This document shows, in pieces, positions 63,291-64,000 of a DNA stretch of 64,000 nucleotides. The DNA comes from Eledone cirrhosa. Taxonomy: Eukaryota. Made by a program: the position numbers and the translations under genes. The DNA lies in contig OZ024740.1 of NCBI GenBank assembly GCA_964016885.1, forward strand, positions 35,092,001-35,156,000, written 5' to 3'. The notes below the pieces were generated by a model, which was not told the origin of the DNA, did not search any database, and saw only the letters and a list, made by a program, of their open reading frames with translations. The stretch's first letter is position 1. Every line of letters starts with the position of its first letter.

Positions 63291-64000
63291 TTAAAATTGG
63301 AATGAATGACATATCTTCCTTATCATATTTTACAGTTGTGTTCTCTTCAAATGAAGCGCCTTCCTTCCAATAAAACATGTACATTGAACATCAAATTAGT
63401 TTACAGAGGAAATGCAAGACATCTTCTAAAATCAAGTTATAATGTTTCCAAAAGTTGGAGAAAATATCTTTGATATGTGCAATACATAATTCATAGAGCA
63501 TTACATAGCGGTTTTAGGTAATTTGAAATGTAAGACATATCTTTTTAAAAAAAAACATACAGGAATATGCATCTTTGCAAGTATGGCAAAATGACCCTTA
63601 AAATAAATTTTATTGTGATGGTTGTTTGGTTGTATAAGATATCTTTGGGCGTTTTGCTTCACAAAACCCTTGATAAACCATGTGTATCTATTAGTCCACT
63701 CTCTACCCCCTTATCTACCTTATGATACCATAGGAGGACACTTGATTTATCCATTCACCAGCACTGTTTATCACACCTGTTATCATTACCACCCACTTCA
63801 TTCTTATACTCACCTTGTGTAACAAGGGTTGATGTTGGACCTACCCATATTCACCACTACCACCTTCTAACTAGCTGATATACTTCTCTGTTGCTAGTCA
63901 CCACTCAATATTATTGACCAAAGGGGTCAGTAGTCATATTTCACAAAGAAGAGAGTTTAGGAGAATGATTTGCATAACAGAATTCATTGCCATTATTACA

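Overview
Eukaryotic, AT-rich, repeat-dense animal DNA. The SINE, RTE and Penelope repertoire suggests an octopod cephalopod (inference). The whole window lies inside one + strand gene, an ABCB1/P-glycoprotein-type full ABC transporter. Twelve short GT-AG exons (linker, TMD2 and most of NBD2) were read by eye; the six-frame track largely misses them. Most other ORFs in the track are microsatellite or antisense artefacts. The introns hold Tx1/L1-clade LINEs, RTE LINEs (one nearly intact), R4/Dong fragments, Neptune-type Penelope-like elements (PLEs), a PHD-type LINE ORF1 relic, about 15 copies of one tRNA-like SINE, three complete non-autonomous Helitrons (one nested in another), a piggyBac MITE and a 48-bp minisatellite. 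Highlights: (1) about a dozen minimal hammerhead ribozyme motifs, several with a compensatory U3-A8 core (UUGAnAA); (2) a SINE that shares its 3' tail and ATT target preference with the local Tx1 LINEs; (3) many foldback palindromes, one centred exactly on hammerhead stem II. Repeat boundaries without a target-site duplication (TSD) are approximate.
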